Source: a virus | Lineage: Duplodnaviria; Caudoviricetes | IMG/VR virus record: IMGVR_UViG_3300025113_000005 | Coordinates: 1-59,813 of that record | DNA length: 59,813 nt | Strand: one strand, 5' to 3' | Part shown: one piece after another, positions 1 through 9,919 of the stretch | Layout of the letters: every line of letters starts with the position of its first letter | Position numbering within the stretch: the first letter of the stretch is position 1 | Translations under genes and position numbers: made by a program | The notes under the pieces: model-generated | What the model saw: the letters and a program-made list of their open reading frames with translations, nothing else | Told to the model about the DNA's origin: nothing | Database searches by the model: none

Positions 1-70
1 GTCCTTCGCGTCCTTGAAACGTCGCTCAACGCCGTCCAGGGACTTGGCAACCCATCTGCCTTCAAGTAGT

Positions 71-475
71 TCAGTTGTCTTCATCGTCGTCAATCCATAT
101 GTCACGTTCAGCCATACCAACCCAGTTCCGAAGCGGGTCACGGCGGTGGGGGCCGTAGCCCGATCGCTTGTCCATGATGACCAGCTCAGCTGCTTTCCGC
201 GCTTCCTCGTCGCTCTCAGCGGTTCGCATCGCGATGACCTTCCGCTGCCCTGAGGTCGGCATCGGCCGCGACAGGACAAGAGAGACGGGGGCCTTAGACG
301 GGCCAGGGTAGTAGCTTGGAAAGCGGGCCGTTCCGACCAGGACCGTGCGCGCCGACCCATCATGCCCAACCGGTCGGACCATGAAGGTCCAGCCGTGCGT
401 GGTGGAGCGAACGGTGTCTCGCTCTGAGGCACTCAGCAGGCGCAGGCCTGAAGGGGAGATCTCAGTCAGCTGCAT
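71..475 (-). CDS. hypothetical protein
   Basis: ORF overlaps the upstream gene; N-terminus MQLTEI resembles the late-protein leader. Confidence 0.6.
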   Translation of the reverse strand: MQLTEISPSGLRLLSASERDTVRSTTHGWTFMVRPVGHDGSARTVLVGTARFPSYYPGPSKAPVSLVLSRPMPTSGQRKVIAMRTAESDEEARKAAELVIMDKRSGYGPHRRDPLRNWVGMAERDIWIDDDEDN

Positions 476-986
476 TTGTTGGGATCCCTAGCTTCTTGAG
501 GGCGGCGGCGGCAATGGCGCGCTTGAACCCGTCAGGGCTACCCTTCTCGGTGCTCTTGTTTGCCCAGCTCTTGATGCCGTTGATCAGCATCAGGATCTTC
601 TTCACGTTCTCGGCGCTGTAGCGAAGGCTGTCAGCATTGGATGCCATGAGCTGAAACGCATCCAGCATCGGCTGGAGATAGGGTAACGTGCCAAATGGCG
701 TGCTCTTCAGCCGCTCGAGGTGCTTGATGTGCTCAGCTGTCTCCTCGCCAGACAGGCCGCGCTGGCTGAGGATGCTGTCCATGGCGGTGTAGGAGCTGGC
801 CATGTCCTCGAGCCCCTGCCGGGCAATGCCGATGGCCAGCTCGGCGTCGTTCCAGACGTCGTGGTGGTCAGGGTCGCCCGGCTCGGTCAGCTGGAAGAGC
901 TTTGGGTCGGAGTAGCCCAGCTCCCGCGCTACCTTGCGCAGGAAGGAGGTGGTCTCGTAGGATTCGTGGAGCTGAGAAAGCTTCAT
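462..986 (-). CDS. hypothetical late protein (MKLSQLHE leader)
   Basis: TAAATA at 1008-1013; start re-called at ATG 986. Confidence 0.65.
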   Translation of the reverse strand: MKLSQLHESYETTSFLRKVARELGYSDPKLFQLTEPGDPDHHDVWNDAELAIGIARQGLEDMASSYTAMDSILSQRGLSGEETAEHIKHLERLKSTPFGTLPYLQPMLDAFQLMASNADSLRYSAENVKKILMLINGIKSWANKSTEKGSPDGFKRAIAAAALKKLGIPTNAAD

Positions 987-1026
987 ATCGGTGCGTAGCT
1001 GCACCGGTATTTATGAGAAGCCAGCT

Positions 1027-1617
1027 CTACTCGGCGCGGTAGGGGAGGCCTCCTGAGAGCTCGGCCCACCTCTGCTGGCGCTCGGTGTCCGTGAAAGCGC
1101 GCTCGGACAGGACCTCGGCGGCGTTCAAGGCGGCCACGAACTTGGCACGGTCGATGCGGCGCAGCAGCTCGTCAACCTTCTGTTTTTCAGCCGCGATCTC
1201 CTTCAGGTGCTCCACTGCCGCCCAGTAGCGCTTGGACTGGTTGAGCTTCTGGCCGTTCTCAGATAGAAACTTCCACACTTCAGGGTGAAGTTTCTGGTTG
1301 GTCTTGTTGGCGAGAAAGGTGTTGGCACACTTGACGACGATGGTGAACTTGTCATCGCTGTCTCTGATGCTGTTTGCATCGTAGTACCGACGATGATCAG
1401 CTTCAATAACGACGCCGCACACGATGATGGAGTAGTGCGTCTCGAACTTCGGCTCTGGGCGCTCGTAGTCCTCATCGACTGGGCCGAAGCCAAAACCACC
1501 ACCGACCTGTACCTGCCGAGAATGGAGACCTAGCAGCGTTTCATGCAAGGTGAACGGAGGAATGTAGCCGTCAATCGAGGGTAGGTCCTCGAACATCATT
1601 GAAAGTTGTTCAGCCAT
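1027..1617 (-). CDS. hypothetical protein
   Basis: AGGAGAG RBS and TATAAT upstream of ATG 1617. Confidence 0.7.
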   Translation of the reverse strand: MAEQLSMMFEDLPSIDGYIPPFTLHETLLGLHSRQVQVGGGFGFGPVDEDYERPEPKFETHYSIIVCGVVIEADHRRYYDANSIRDSDDKFTIVVKCANTFLANKTNQKLHPEVWKFLSENGQKLNQSKRYWAAVEHLKEIAAEKQKVDELLRRIDRAKFVAALNAAEVLSERAFTDTERQQRWAELSGGLPYRAE

Positions 1618-1676
1618 GGTCGCTCTCCTTGGGACCATTATATCACACCTGTCGCTGGATGCTTAGCTGTTACACC

Positions 1677-1985
1677 TCAGTAGTGCCAGATCTTGTACCA
1701 GAAGGGAGAGCACATCTCATTGACCTTCTGCATGGCGCGCTCCTCAGCCCACGCCGCGACCCGACCAGATGTAGGATCGCGCAGCACGAGGCTCTTTTCC
1801 TTCTTGTAGTTGCGAAGCAGCAGGGCCTTCGCGGTCGGCGTTTCCGCTTCGATCTTCCACTCGTACCTGAAGCTGTAGCGGCGACTGTCCAGGATGGTGA
1901 TCTTGAAACCGCGATACAGACGGGGTTTACCCATGATATGTGACCGGCGTCGCCGAAGATGGTATCTCATGTGTAGACCTTTCAA
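1677..1985 (-). CDS. hypothetical basic protein
   Basis: ORF tiles the minus-strand operon; start uncertain. Confidence 0.5.
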   Translation of the reverse strand: MKGLHMRYHLRRRRSHIMGKPRLYRGFKITILDSRRYSFRYEWKIEAETPTAKALLLRNYKKEKSLVLRDPTSGRVAAWAEERAMQKVNEMCSPFWYKIWHY

Positions 1986-2218
1986 ATCTGTCGATCTAGG
2001 AAGTAGCGAAGCAGCAGCTTTGCCTTCTCCCGTTCAGGAGCTGTTTGCCGCTCGTAGTTGTCCCAGTCCTTCAGGTTCTGCAGCTCTATCCGCACCTCGG
2101 TGAAGAATCGATCGTCGTGGATGCGACCCGCAAAGAAGTCCCAGGCTCCCTGCGCTGTACGCGCCATCCGTACTGGCGGGGTGATGGTGAGCGGGTTTGA
2201 CGGAAGATCTGGTGTCAT
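1982..2218 (-). CDS. hypothetical protein
   Basis: ATG 2218 overlaps the ligase stop (ATGA coupling). Confidence 0.5.
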   Translation of the reverse strand: MTPDLPSNPLTITPPVRMARTAQGAWDFFAGRIHDDRFFTEVRIELQNLKDWDNYERQTAPEREKAKLLLRYFLDRQI

Positions 2219-3252
2219 CTCTTGACAAGTCCGTTCGGAGTGAAGCGCTGCCCGGCGCGCCAGTGCTTGGTGGTCTGGACGTGGCCGGCACGCACGTACT
2301 TGGCGACGCTGCTCTTGAAGTCGGCATACCTGAAGGACCTGGCCTTGCGAACGACATAGCCCTCGCGGACGCCCCATTCGACGGTGGTCAGGTCACACTC
2401 CGCGCGGATGGCCTTCTCGTCCCAGGTGCCGCGCCAGATGACCGGCACCGGGGTGATGCCGAGCAGCTCGAAGTACTCCAGCGTCTCGTCCCATGCCAGG
2501 CACTCATTGTGTTCCGTCCAGATGCTGAAGCCGAGGAAGTAGGACGGCAGGTCCGCGTACGGAATGGAGTGTTCCGCCCACAGGTTCTCACCGCATACTC
2601 GCCAGCCGGTGGGGAGGTTGTAGCAGACGTTCTCCGACAGGAATCGCTTGACCCAGGCGCGGTCCTCGCCGCCCCGGCTGTCGATCGAGCGGGCATGCAC
2701 GTGGCCGTCGGCGTAGGCGGTGGTGTTTTCACCGTCCATCTTGACCGAGATCACGACCTCCTCACCTTCGAACTGAGCGCAGCTCTTCAGCGCCTTGTCG
2801 TCGTCATGGATGCCAGGTGACCAGGGCAGGTGGAAGGTGCGGCCGTATTTGACATACGGCACGTAGAGGCTGAGCTTGCCGCCCTTGGCTAGGATCTTCT
2901 GGACGCTCTCGTCATGGAAGAGCTCGCCGTGGGTGCGGCGTCCATCCTCGAGAATGTAGTCGCCCCACTTGGTGATCGGCTGCTCAGGATAGAACTGGTC
3001 GGGGACGTGGACCGTGTGGATGCCGGCGGCGAGGCGGACGTCCTCCACTGAGAGCTCGGTCGTCTCGCACTGTAGGTGATGCTCGGCGCAGACCGAGGCG
3101 CCGTTGTCAAGATAGTATCCGCCGTCCGGCCAGAGCCGGCGCTCAATGACATGGTGGGCATCTTGAGCAGGTTGACCGCAGAAGACGCAGCGGTGCCCGT
3201 CCCTGGAAAGAACGCCTTCCCGAAACTGGTCGCGGGTGAGAAGCTTGGCCAT
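2215..3252 (-). CDS. HNH domain fused to ATP-dependent RNA ligase-family domain
   Basis: N-terminal RDGHRCVFC..DAHHVIER..NGASVCAEHH; ligase motifs KMDGEN, GEN, YFLGF, EGYVVR, AKYVR. Confidence 0.85.
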   Translation of the reverse strand: MAKLLTRDQFREGVLSRDGHRCVFCGQPAQDAHHVIERRLWPDGGYYLDNGASVCAEHHLQCETTELSVEDVRLAAGIHTVHVPDQFYPEQPITKWGDYILEDGRRTHGELFHDESVQKILAKGGKLSLYVPYVKYGRTFHLPWSPGIHDDDKALKSCAQFEGEEVVISVKMDGENTTAYADGHVHARSIDSRGGEDRAWVKRFLSENVCYNLPTGWRVCGENLWAEHSIPYADLPSYFLGFSIWTEHNECLAWDETLEYFELLGITPVPVIWRGTWDEKAIRAECDLTTVEWGVREGYVVRKARSFRYADFKSSVAKYVRAGHVQTTKHWRAGQRFTPNGLVKR

Positions 3253-3304
3253 AGTGCATTGTATCACGGTTTTAACCATGATGCTGCCAAATATGTAACA
3301 AGGT

Positions 3305-3829
3305 CTAGGTTGTAACCTGCTTGAGTCGCTGCAGGACCTCATCGAACGTGGTCCTGCGCCAGCTTAGCTGAATGAATCGACGTGGCTTCATTGGTGGCTT
3401 GCGAACTACGCTGTGTATCTGAGATACATCAAGCAGGTACGTGTCACCGTCCGCCGCAGTAAAGGAGTCAATGAAGTCGAGGTCCTTTTCGTTCTTGTAT
3501 ATGTTGGACGTCGCCGCCCCTGGAAAGCGAATCGGAACGGCGCCTTCACGCACGTTCCAGAAGTTAGTGGTTGCGTCACCTGACTGGAAATAGCAGTTCA
3601 ACGCCGTGATGGTGGTGTGGTCGCGGTGCGGGGAAACCTGGTCGTTGCCAATGATCTCGACGTAGCGTATGGCATCAGGAAGCAGCACCCGCAGGTGCTC
3701 GAGAGGCGGTGGTTTGCCCAACACGCGGTAGTATGAGATCGCCCCGTAGGTCATGAAGTGCGCGCCCTTCCGCACCATGTTCACCAAAGAGATATCATAT
3801 GGGATCTTAGCAAACGGGGGTGACTGCAT
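3305..3829 (-). CDS. cupin/2OG-Fe(II) oxygenase-like protein
   Basis: PHRD...IHSV...R facial-triad pattern. Confidence 0.65.
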   Translation of the reverse strand: MQSPPFAKIPYDISLVNMVRKGAHFMTYGAISYYRVLGKPPPLEHLRVLLPDAIRYVEIIGNDQVSPHRDHTTITALNCYFQSGDATTNFWNVREGAVPIRFPGAATSNIYKNEKDLDFIDSFTAADGDTYLLDVSQIHSVVRKPPMKPRRFIQLSWRRTTFDEVLQRLKQVTT

Positions 3830-3863
3830 GAGGGCCGTAAATACTGCATCGACAGGGGTATTT

Positions 3864-4715
3864 ATGAGTCAGCAGATGGACATCGGTCGTGAACCTAAGA
3901 GATCCCAGATAGCAGGGCAGTGGTTCGTTGACCTGGATCAATACGTTGACACCGAGCGGTTCGAGAGGTTGCATGAGAGAATGTGCGAAGGTATCGCCCG
4001 CTCCTGGCACCTCTCAGAGCCGGTCGTCATCGGGTCTAAGGAGTCGCAGTATGATATGACCCTTAGCGAGGTGGAGTTTGCCAAAAGCGAGCACCCCGAG
4101 GATGAGACGCTGAAGAGGCTTCTCTCCTACCAACATCGCGAGGCGGCGTACCAGTATGTCAGGTTTCGCTACCCAACTATGGCGCTGGGGCGCAAGATTC
4201 TGCTGCGTACCTATGTGGACTACCACAACGGCTTCGCTCGCAAGCACCTGGCCAGGCTGAACCATGACATGCCCGCCTACTCCTACTTTCCCGAGCTGAA
4301 GCAGTTCATCAGCGACCTGCCTATCTTCAGTGAGGTTGGGCGCGTCATCATTTTTCTGACCGACGGCAACGCCAAGGCCGAGATCCACTGTGACTACGCC
4401 GACGGCAAGAGCCGTAAGGATCAGTTCCTCTGGCTGAACCCGCGTAGGGCCAAGCGGTTCTTCGTGCTTGACACCGAGTTCAATAAGCGCTATCTAACGG
4501 GGATAGCAAACACATTTGACAACGCCTCGTGGCACGGTGGGGACCCATCACCGTATGCCACGTTCACGGTGCGTATAGACGGTCGCTTCAGCCAGAAGTT
4601 CCTAGATGCCTCTAACCTGGCAGAACATTATGAGCGGCCTCGAAAGCAGGTGATCGAACCCGCTGAAGCAGGTCGCGACCTGGGTGTGCAGCTGGCCAGG
4701 CACAGCGCAGCGTGA
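3864..4715 (+). CDS. 2OG-Fe(II) oxygenase-like protein
   Basis: IHCD...WHGG...VRIDG; TAAATA at 3838-3843; GGGG RBS. Confidence 0.7.
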   Translation: MSQQMDIGREPKRSQIAGQWFVDLDQYVDTERFERLHERMCEGIARSWHLSEPVVIGSKESQYDMTLSEVEFAKSEHPEDETLKRLLSYQHREAAYQYVRFRYPTMALGRKILLRTYVDYHNGFARKHLARLNHDMPAYSYFPELKQFISDLPIFSEVGRVIIFLTDGNAKAEIHCDYADGKSRKDQFLWLNPRRAKRFFVLDTEFNKRYLTGIANTFDNASWHGGDPSPYATFTVRIDGRFSQKFLDASNLAEHYERPRKQVIEPAEAGRDLGVQLARHSAA

Positions 4716-5247
4716 CGTCATACGGCTTGGGGTGGTTACCAAAGACCGCTCGATCAAACTCACTTGTGGGCAGCTCACCTGCCTTCACCTCCCCAAATGG
4801 GTAGATCTCGAAGCGAGGCCAGATCGCAGAGGTCTTCTGAGTGCGGGACGTCGTGCGAGCCCAGGCAGTGGGTAGCGACCACAGGATATTCTGACAGTCG
4901 TAGTAGCGACCGAAGGAGATGGCGCGCAGCCACAGCGCGTCCATTCCGTTTCGCTGATAGTTCCATGGTGCCGGCACCATGGGATTGGTGACCAGAAATG
5001 ACATCAGCCAGTGGTTGGAACAACAGGCTGGAAACGTCTGAACGAGGTAGGCCACAAGCTGCTGCGCCTCATTGAACGCCATCCAGGTGACCGTGCGCTG
5101 GCTTTTCAGTGAGCCTCTTAGTGCCTCCAGCCCCCGCTCAAGTTCAGAGGAGCTGAGCTGCTGCTTACCTACCTGACGCTGTGCGGTAAAGATCTCAACG
5201 GCCAGCGGCAGCAGCTGAGAGGTCAGACGCTGGATCGTGAACTTCAT
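4612..5247 (-). CDS. putative GNAT-like acyltransferase
   Basis: LVAYLV..WLMSFLVTNP..YQRNGMDALW resembles GNAT motif A (weak). Confidence 0.45.
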   Translation of the reverse strand: MKFTIQRLTSQLLPLAVEIFTAQRQVGKQQLSSSELERGLEALRGSLKSQRTVTWMAFNEAQQLVAYLVQTFPACCSNHWLMSFLVTNPMVPAPWNYQRNGMDALWLRAISFGRYYDCQNILWSLPTAWARTTSRTQKTSAIWPRFEIYPFGEVKAGELPTSEFDRAVFGNHPKPYDVTLRCAWPAAHPGRDLLQRVRSPAFEAAHNVLPG

Positions 5248-5555
5248 TACGTGATTGAGACTGTACGGACGGTGTTGATGTCATTCCTGACATCATAGAT
5301 AGCGCGATCCGCAAAGAAGTTCGGAAGCACCTGAAACAGTTCATCCAAGAGAGTCGTAAGCTGATCCTCATCGACGTATTTGGCAACGGAGGTGTGCACC
5401 AAGCCATCCTCAGACAGGGTGAACACAGGTGGTTCAGCAAAGTTTGGTGTGTTGGAAACCAAAGAAATAAAGGTCGAGCGGACAAGCGGCACCGTGAAGA
5501 TGTAGAACGGGGTATCAGAACTTTGGCGCTGCTGGGTGGTTGTAACAGTAATCAT
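5247..5555 (-). CDS. small hypothetical protein
   Basis: overlapping start/stop with both neighbours. Confidence 0.65.
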   Translation of the reverse strand: MITVTTTQQRQSSDTPFYIFTVPLVRSTFISLVSNTPNFAEPPVFTLSEDGLVHTSVAKYVDEDQLTTLLDELFQVLPNFFADRAIYDVRNDINTVRTVSIT

Positions 5556-6361
5556 GTTGAGCTCCTACTAGGTGCGGTGGTCTTGACGGCCGTAGCCAAT
5601 CCAATCTTCTCGAGCAGCTGGATAACCAGGTAACTCACATCAAGCTCGCCGCTCCGCAGTCCAAAGCGAGCTGACCCAGGGTAGCGGTGGTGATTGTTGT
5701 GCCAGCCCTCACCAAAGACCAGGTAGCCCATGATCGGGTTGTTCTGGCTGTCATCACGCAGCGCGAAATTTCGGTAGCTTACGACGCTCTTCTTGTGGCC
5801 GAACCAGTTCAGTGCGTTGCTGACGGTGATGGAGACGAAGATCGGCAGCGCATACACGTACACAAAGGCGTTCAGACTTAGAAGAGCCAAGACCAGGCCG
5901 TAGGCTCCCAGAATGGCGAAGTAGTAGCGGTGCCACCAGGCGTAGTACCTGGTGCGAGCGATGTCACGGATGCCCTGCGTGGAGACGCGTGGGTACACGC
6001 CGAAGAACGTCTTCCACACTAAACCTGGTGGGTGCGGGTCTCCAGGTAGGTCAGCGAATCGGTGGTGCTGACGGTGGGTCATGACCCACATTATCGGAGA
6101 TCCAGTCCCAGCTAGGCAGGCGAAGGTGACGAACAGCTTCTCCACCCAGGGGTGGAACGTTACCGCCTTGTGCGTGAGGGCCCGATGATAGGTGGTGCTG
6201 ATGCCCAGACAGATCAAGCAGAAGTACGTAAACACCGACGCAGCCAACCATGGTAGTGAAAATGTGGCGTAGAGCGGCGATAGCAGAAGCGCCCCGAACA
6301 GCACCAGGTTGAAGCCCAGCAGCGTGAATGGGTTGTTTCCCTTGACGAGGTGCTTGATCAT
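5552..6361 (-). CDS. membrane fatty-acid (delta-9-like) desaturase
   Basis: His boxes HRALTH, HRQHH, GEGWHNNHH; DPH motif; transmembrane segments. Confidence 0.92.
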   Translation of the reverse strand: MIKHLVKGNNPFTLLGFNLVLFGALLLSPLYATFSLPWLAASVFTYFCLICLGISTTYHRALTHKAVTFHPWVEKLFVTFACLAGTGSPIMWVMTHRQHHRFADLPGDPHPPGLVWKTFFGVYPRVSTQGIRDIARTRYYAWWHRYYFAILGAYGLVLALLSLNAFVYVYALPIFVSITVSNALNWFGHKKSVVSYRNFALRDDSQNNPIMGYLVFGEGWHNNHHRYPGSARFGLRSGELDVSYLVIQLLEKIGLATAVKTTAPSRSST

Positions 6362-7071
6362 GCTGTATTTACGACCGACTCATAGTGCCGGCGCAGCCCG
6401 TCTTTTCCACCGTACCTGGTCTCGATGGCTGCCAGGTGCTCGTAGTAGCGATCAAAGGTGCCTGGTGCGATGTAGTTAGGGTTCTTCTTGAAGGTAGGGG
6501 CGTACTGAATGGTCCAGCGCCTATCGATTACATCTGAGATGATGTGCAGGCGGTCAGTTGTGCCAAGGTTGAAGGCCGCGTGCGGGGTGATGTTGTCAAA
6601 GTCATACAGCTGTCCAGCCTCCATCTTTACGACCTCGGCCTCGTGTGTCTCCTCGTCAAAGTACACGTGACCGCAGCGGTCGTTGGTGACCAACACGGCG
6701 TGTACCCGGTGCGAGAGCGCGTGATACAGCCGAGGGTCGATGTGCGGGTTCACCACCCGGTCAGGTACATTACGCACCACCTGGGATCGAAATACCACAT
6801 GGTTTGGGAAGTACCTGGTGGTCAGCAGGGCGTGGTACGGTGCCATGGCGGTGGCCAAGGCCTTGGACGGTAGCACCCCGCTGTAGTAGTTGTGCTGCTC
6901 GTTGAAGTAGCGGGTTTCCGCGTCGTAGCGGTTGCACGCGTCAAAGAAGGCCTCCTCCTTGGTCAGCGACTCAGGAGCCTCTAGATCCACGGCTCGAGTG
7001 ATTGTCCAAAGCTCCTCGAACAGCTGCGGTGATAGGGTGTCCAGCACCTGAATGTGAGGGCTGAGCTTCAT
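6358..7071 (-). CDS. Asp/Asn beta-hydroxylase-like 2OG-Fe(II) oxygenase
   Basis: PHID..HRVHAVLVTN..FDNITPHAAFNLGTTDRLHIISD. Confidence 0.8.
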   Translation of the reverse strand: MKLSPHIQVLDTLSPQLFEELWTITRAVDLEAPESLTKEEAFFDACNRYDAETRYFNEQHNYYSGVLPSKALATAMAPYHALLTTRYFPNHVVFRSQVVRNVPDRVVNPHIDPRLYHALSHRVHAVLVTNDRCGHVYFDEETHEAEVVKMEAGQLYDFDNITPHAAFNLGTTDRLHIISDVIDRRWTIQYAPTFKKNPNYIAPGTFDRYYEHLAAIETRYGGKDGLRRHYESVVNTA

Positions 7072-7718
7072 TTCCAGTAGTCGATCTCTGTCTGCTTGTT
7101 GCCTGCGTGGTACGTCGTGATGACGTTCACTCCCTGATCAAGTAGCGCGTATCCTTCTTCCTCAAGAAAATCGATGATGATATGTGAGCGCGGTGTAGGC
7201 CCGTTGTTGGTGGCGCGGTGCATAAACATGTTGTTGATCTCGTATGCCGTTCCTATCGCGAAGTGCTTAGAGCAGGCCCTCCGCCCAAGCATGTAGTTGT
7301 AGGTAGCGCCTGGATTGGTGATGATTGGGATGTGGACCTTATGCGAGAGGCTCTGGTAGATGTAGCTGTCGATGTGCCAGAGCAGGGTGGCCTGTGGTGG
7401 TAGGGTGGCCACCTGGACGAGTAGCGGGCAGGCGGTTGGATAGAAGCCACGCAGCCACTCCACCTGTGGCTCTACGATATCCAGCAGCTCCTGGGCTCGA
7501 TTGCCATAGGTGGCATTGTGGGTATCCACGCTGTACATCTTGATGCTCGGGTTCATGGCAATCAGCCGATGCGTTCCTATGAATACCTTCTCGCTCACGA
7601 GCGCCTGGGGTGAAAGCAGATCAAAGGCACCACGTACCGTGGAAGCCAGCTCCTCGACACCAGGTACACCGTCTAGCTGCCTAAATGGTACCTCGCGGTT
7701 CTGTTGGTACACCTTCAT
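7068..7718 (-). CDS. Asp/Asn beta-hydroxylase-like 2OG-Fe(II) oxygenase
   Basis: WHID..HKVHIPIITN..EINNMFMHRATNNGPTPRSHIIID. Confidence 0.8.
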   Translation of the reverse strand: MKVYQQNREVPFRQLDGVPGVEELASTVRGAFDLLSPQALVSEKVFIGTHRLIAMNPSIKMYSVDTHNATYGNRAQELLDIVEPQVEWLRGFYPTACPLLVQVATLPPQATLLWHIDSYIYQSLSHKVHIPIITNPGATYNYMLGRRACSKHFAIGTAYEINNMFMHRATNNGPTPRSHIIIDFLEEEGYALLDQGVNVITTYHAGNKQTEIDYWK

Positions 7719-8326
7719 CGATGCACCTTTGACACACCCTTGGTATCCTTGACGTCAACCACTAGGTGCGTACGAGCCGTATCACCGAGGTTGTCCACCA
7801 TATGGCGGTAGTTGACGTTGATCAGAAAGACGTTGTTCGCCGGCAGGTGGGTTGCCTTTTCTTCAGAGTGAAAGTGGGCCTGCTCATTTGTCTCAATGAC
7901 GATGTGCAGACGCAGAATGGTCTTGGCTGGTGACCCGTCGGTGTGCCAGTTGCTTGCCGCGCCTGGAACAAGCTGAATGAGGCGAGCGCGACAAGGCTGG
8001 AAACCAAGCTCCGTCGCCTGGCCGATAAGGCGCCGCAGCTCGTCGCTCGCTGCCTCGGTGAAGGTAAGGTGCTCAGAGCTACGGTGGTAGCCAGCTCTCG
8101 CTGCACCAAGGCTATCAAAGTAGACCTTCCCATTAGATAGTGTCTTCATGAACACGCTACCATCTACCCAGCCATCCCTGTAGCTACCTGACCGGCTCAT
8201 CACGCTCCACCCGTTGAACATCTCGCCACCAGCTTTAGGAAGCGTAGCCTCAAGCTGGCGAACATGGGCCCGCAGCGCGTCAAAGTCAGGAGCGAACAGC
8301 TCAGTGATGTTCTCGAATTGAATCAT
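7715..8326 (-). CDS. Asp/Asn beta-hydroxylase-like 2OG-Fe(II) oxygenase
   Basis: RARLIQLVPG..WHTD..RLHIVIETN..HMVDNLGDTARTHLVVD. Confidence 0.8.
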   Translation of the reverse strand: MIQFENITELFAPDFDALRAHVRQLEATLPKAGGEMFNGWSVMSRSGSYRDGWVDGSVFMKTLSNGKVYFDSLGAARAGYHRSSEHLTFTEAASDELRRLIGQATELGFQPCRARLIQLVPGAASNWHTDGSPAKTILRLHIVIETNEQAHFHSEEKATHLPANNVFLINVNYRHMVDNLGDTARTHLVVDVKDTKGVSKVHR

Positions 8327-8892
8327 ACCAGCAGCCTCCCCGGATCCGGTGTCAGGCGAAGCGTGAGCGTAATACGAAAGTCCCTGATCAGCGGGTTACA
8401 GAGCACCGAGTGAGGCTCACCGGTTCGAATGATGGTTGGACGGTCAATGCACACCCGTGTTTCTTCCTTGGCATCCAGTTTGTCCAGCCACCAGAAGGCG
8501 TGCCCGTTCTGGAGAAGCCGGCGCTGGATCTTGGTCTTCGGCGCTGAGAAGAAGTAGGTGAATGAGCCTTCGGTGTTGCGCACCGGAAGTTGAAGTCGAG
8601 CTGCTACCCCAAACATATCGTCGACATGGATGTTGTCTAGGTAGGACCCACCATGAGGACGCGCTAGAATGAAGGCTGAGTACTGGATCGTCCAGCCGTG
8701 CTTCAACAAGGCACGGGTAAGCTCAGGGACCTGCGCCTTCAGCGTCGCGATGGGATAGGTGTTCCAGAAGAAACCCGTGCCAAAGAAACCGGCACCGTCA
8801 ACTACCTCGTTCAGCTTTGGTTGAATGATGTCCCAGTTTTCAAGCTGGACGTACTTCCAGTAGAGCATGCTTGCAGGTTCAGTTGAAGCCAA
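8323..8892 (-). CDS. cupin/2OG-Fe(II) oxygenase-like protein
   Basis: IHVD..RLQLPV..PHSV..RITLTLR. Confidence 0.7.
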   Translation of the reverse strand: MASTEPASMLYWKYVQLENWDIIQPKLNEVVDGAGFFGTGFFWNTYPIATLKAQVPELTRALLKHGWTIQYSAFILARPHGGSYLDNIHVDDMFGVAARLQLPVRNTEGSFTYFFSAPKTKIQRRLLQNGHAFWWLDKLDAKEETRVCIDRPTIIRTGEPHSVLCNPLIRDFRITLTLRLTPDPGRLLV

Positions 8893-8920
8893 TGAGGTAT
8901 TTATGACGCGTAAATACCTA

Positions 8921-9919
8921 ATGCTTCCCTACACCTTGGATGACCACTTCACCTTCGGTTATGGCTCGGGGCTGTTCAACCCAGGTGAAAAATCAGTCGA
9001 TGCGCGGCTGTGGTGTGGGTATACCCGGAGCACTCGTGAACCAGGGTCATTCAAAGAGGAGTGCGTAAACACCGCTCGTTTGATCGGTGCCAGAGCAGCA
9101 GAGCTAAACCGACCTGTGTACGTCTGTCTATCTGGTGGTATGGACAGTGAGGTCGTCGTGAAGGCCTTTCTTGCTGCTGAGGTTCCATTCACGACCATTA
9201 CCTTTCGTTTCAACGGCGGCCTCAATTCCCATGAGCTACGTTTCGTAAACCGATTTGTTGCTCGTCACCAACTTAAGCATGTCTTCTTCGACATGTCCAT
9301 CCTTGATTGGATCAAATCCGATGAAGCAGCTGACATGTTTCATGGTGCGCAGGCCGCCGCCTTCAGCTTAATGCCGCACATGAAGATTCTCAGTCACGTA
9401 TGGTTCGAGCTGGGTGGTCTGCCCGTTCTTGGTAATGGGGACATCTACCTCGAGAATGGTGATGAGGGTTGGAAGTACGTCGAGCTGGAATACATGCTGA
9501 GCTGGTTTCGCCATGCCATCAGATTTCGTATTCTTGGCGCCATTGGCTTCTTTCAGTTTACGCCGGAGATAACGCTAGCCATGCTTCGTGACCCTCGTAT
9601 CGAGCGCCTTGGCCGTAACGTGGATTCATACGCCAACAAGATATACCAGACATCGAGATTTATCAAGTACAGCATCTATCGTACGCACTGGCCTGATCTT
9701 GCTATGCGCGCAAAGTACAGCGGCCAGGAGTTCGTGAAGGAAGAATACGAGGAACGAGCGGCTGAGCTACTTGCCCAGCGTTCTGATCAGTTCATCGATA
9801 AATTCCAGTTGGATTATGTCAGCTTTAGGGCCATGCTGGAACCTGACGAAACAGCTTACCTTGCAGGTGTCGCTCAACAACCTCTGCATAAGGTAGATCG
9901 AACGCCATTTGAAAGTTGA
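8921..9919 (+). CDS. PP-loop ATPase (asparagine-synthetase-like N-type ATP pyrophosphatase)
   Basis: LSGGMDSE motif; TAAATA at 8911-8916; start aligned with paralog at 10389. Confidence 0.75.
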   Translation: MLPYTLDDHFTFGYGSGLFNPGEKSVDARLWCGYTRSTREPGSFKEECVNTARLIGARAAELNRPVYVCLSGGMDSEVVVKAFLAAEVPFTTITFRFNGGLNSHELRFVNRFVARHQLKHVFFDMSILDWIKSDEAADMFHGAQAAAFSLMPHMKILSHVWFELGGLPVLGNGDIYLENGDEGWKYVELEYMLSWFRHAIRFRILGAIGFFQFTPEITLAMLRDPRIERLGRNVDSYANKIYQTSRFIKYSIYRTHWPDLAMRAKYSGQEFVKEEYEERAAELLAQRSDQFIDKFQLDYVSFRAMLEPDETAYLAGVAQQPLHKVDRTPFES

